NCBI RefSeq assembly: GCF_009914755.1
Contig: NC_060928.1
Direction: 5' to 3' (one strand)
Source of the DNA: the human T2T-CHM13v2.0 reference genome, Homo sapiens
DNA length: 64,000 nucleotides
This document shows positions 63,480-64,000 of this stretch, piece by piece (the stretch's first letter is position 1; each line of letters begins with the position of its first letter). The notes below the pieces were generated by a model that saw only the letters and a list, made by a program, of their open reading frames with translations, ran no database searches and was not told the origin of the DNA. Both the position numbers and the translations under genes were made by a program.

Positions 63480-64000
63480 GAAAATTCAAACCACCAACTG
63501 GGAGACATTATTTGTAAAATATATGTCTGACAAAGAACTTGTATCCAAAAGGTATAAATAATTTTTGCAATTAAATAATAACAATATAAAGAAAAATTGC
63601 AAATATGGAAAAGATTGAGATACATTTGAAAATAGAAAATACATGACCCACAAGCAGATTAAAAGCTGCTCAACACCATCAGTTATCAGGAAAATGCAAA
63701 TTAAAATCACAGCAATTTATCCATTCACACACTAAAATGATTACAATTTAAAACCCAATAGTAATAAGATTTGGCAAAAATATGGGGCAACAAAACTTCT
63801 CATATACTGCTGAACAGCTTTATAAAACGGTGCAACCACTTAGGAGAATTGTTTGGCAGTTTCTTAGGCTTAGATATTTGTCCCAAAGAATTGAAACCTG
63901 GTTCACAAAAATACTTGCCTAGAAATGGTCACAGCAGCTTGATTCATCATAGCCCCAGAAGAGAGACAACCCAAATGTCCATCACATCACAGACATGGGA
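63480..64000 (+). mobile_element. Old L1M ORF2 3' fragment
   Basis: TCTGACAAAGAACTTGTATCC...GGAAAATGCAAATTAAAATCACA...ACCCAAATGTCCATCA. Confidence 0.8.

Noticed and set aside
63170-64000. Twin-primed L1 inversion
   Set aside because: The opposed fragments are too old and not contiguous enough to show they are one insertion, and the window ends before a TSD could be seen

Overview
Primate (almost certainly human) non-coding DNA, heavily filled with repeats: about 30 Alus, L1, L2, MIR, DNA transposons (MER2, MER30, Tigger3, MER5) and many solo LTRs (THE1, LTR13, MER57, MER4, LTR27-, LTR47- and LTR40-like, MLT1/2). I found no intact protein-coding gene. The only gene-derived sequence is a 5'-truncated, frameshifted, Alu-interrupted processed pseudogene of ICE2/NARG2 on the minus strand (about 30.15-32.94 kb). 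A CpG-rich, promoter-like element lies at about 55.0-55.7 kb. There are three GC-rich minisatellites (62, 73 and 83 bp units) and several two-copy tandem duplications, a pattern typical of subtelomeric DNA. From memory, not verified, this fits 4q35.2 (ICE2P1 within or near the lncRNA LINC01060). I see no convincing new biological system. The items most worth a second look are the structured 73-bp VNTR, an LTR13 with a CTCF motif facing the pseudogene, short locally templated duplications, and candidate lncRNA exons. Repeat subfamily names come from recalled consensus sequences and need RepeatMasker/Dfam confirmation.
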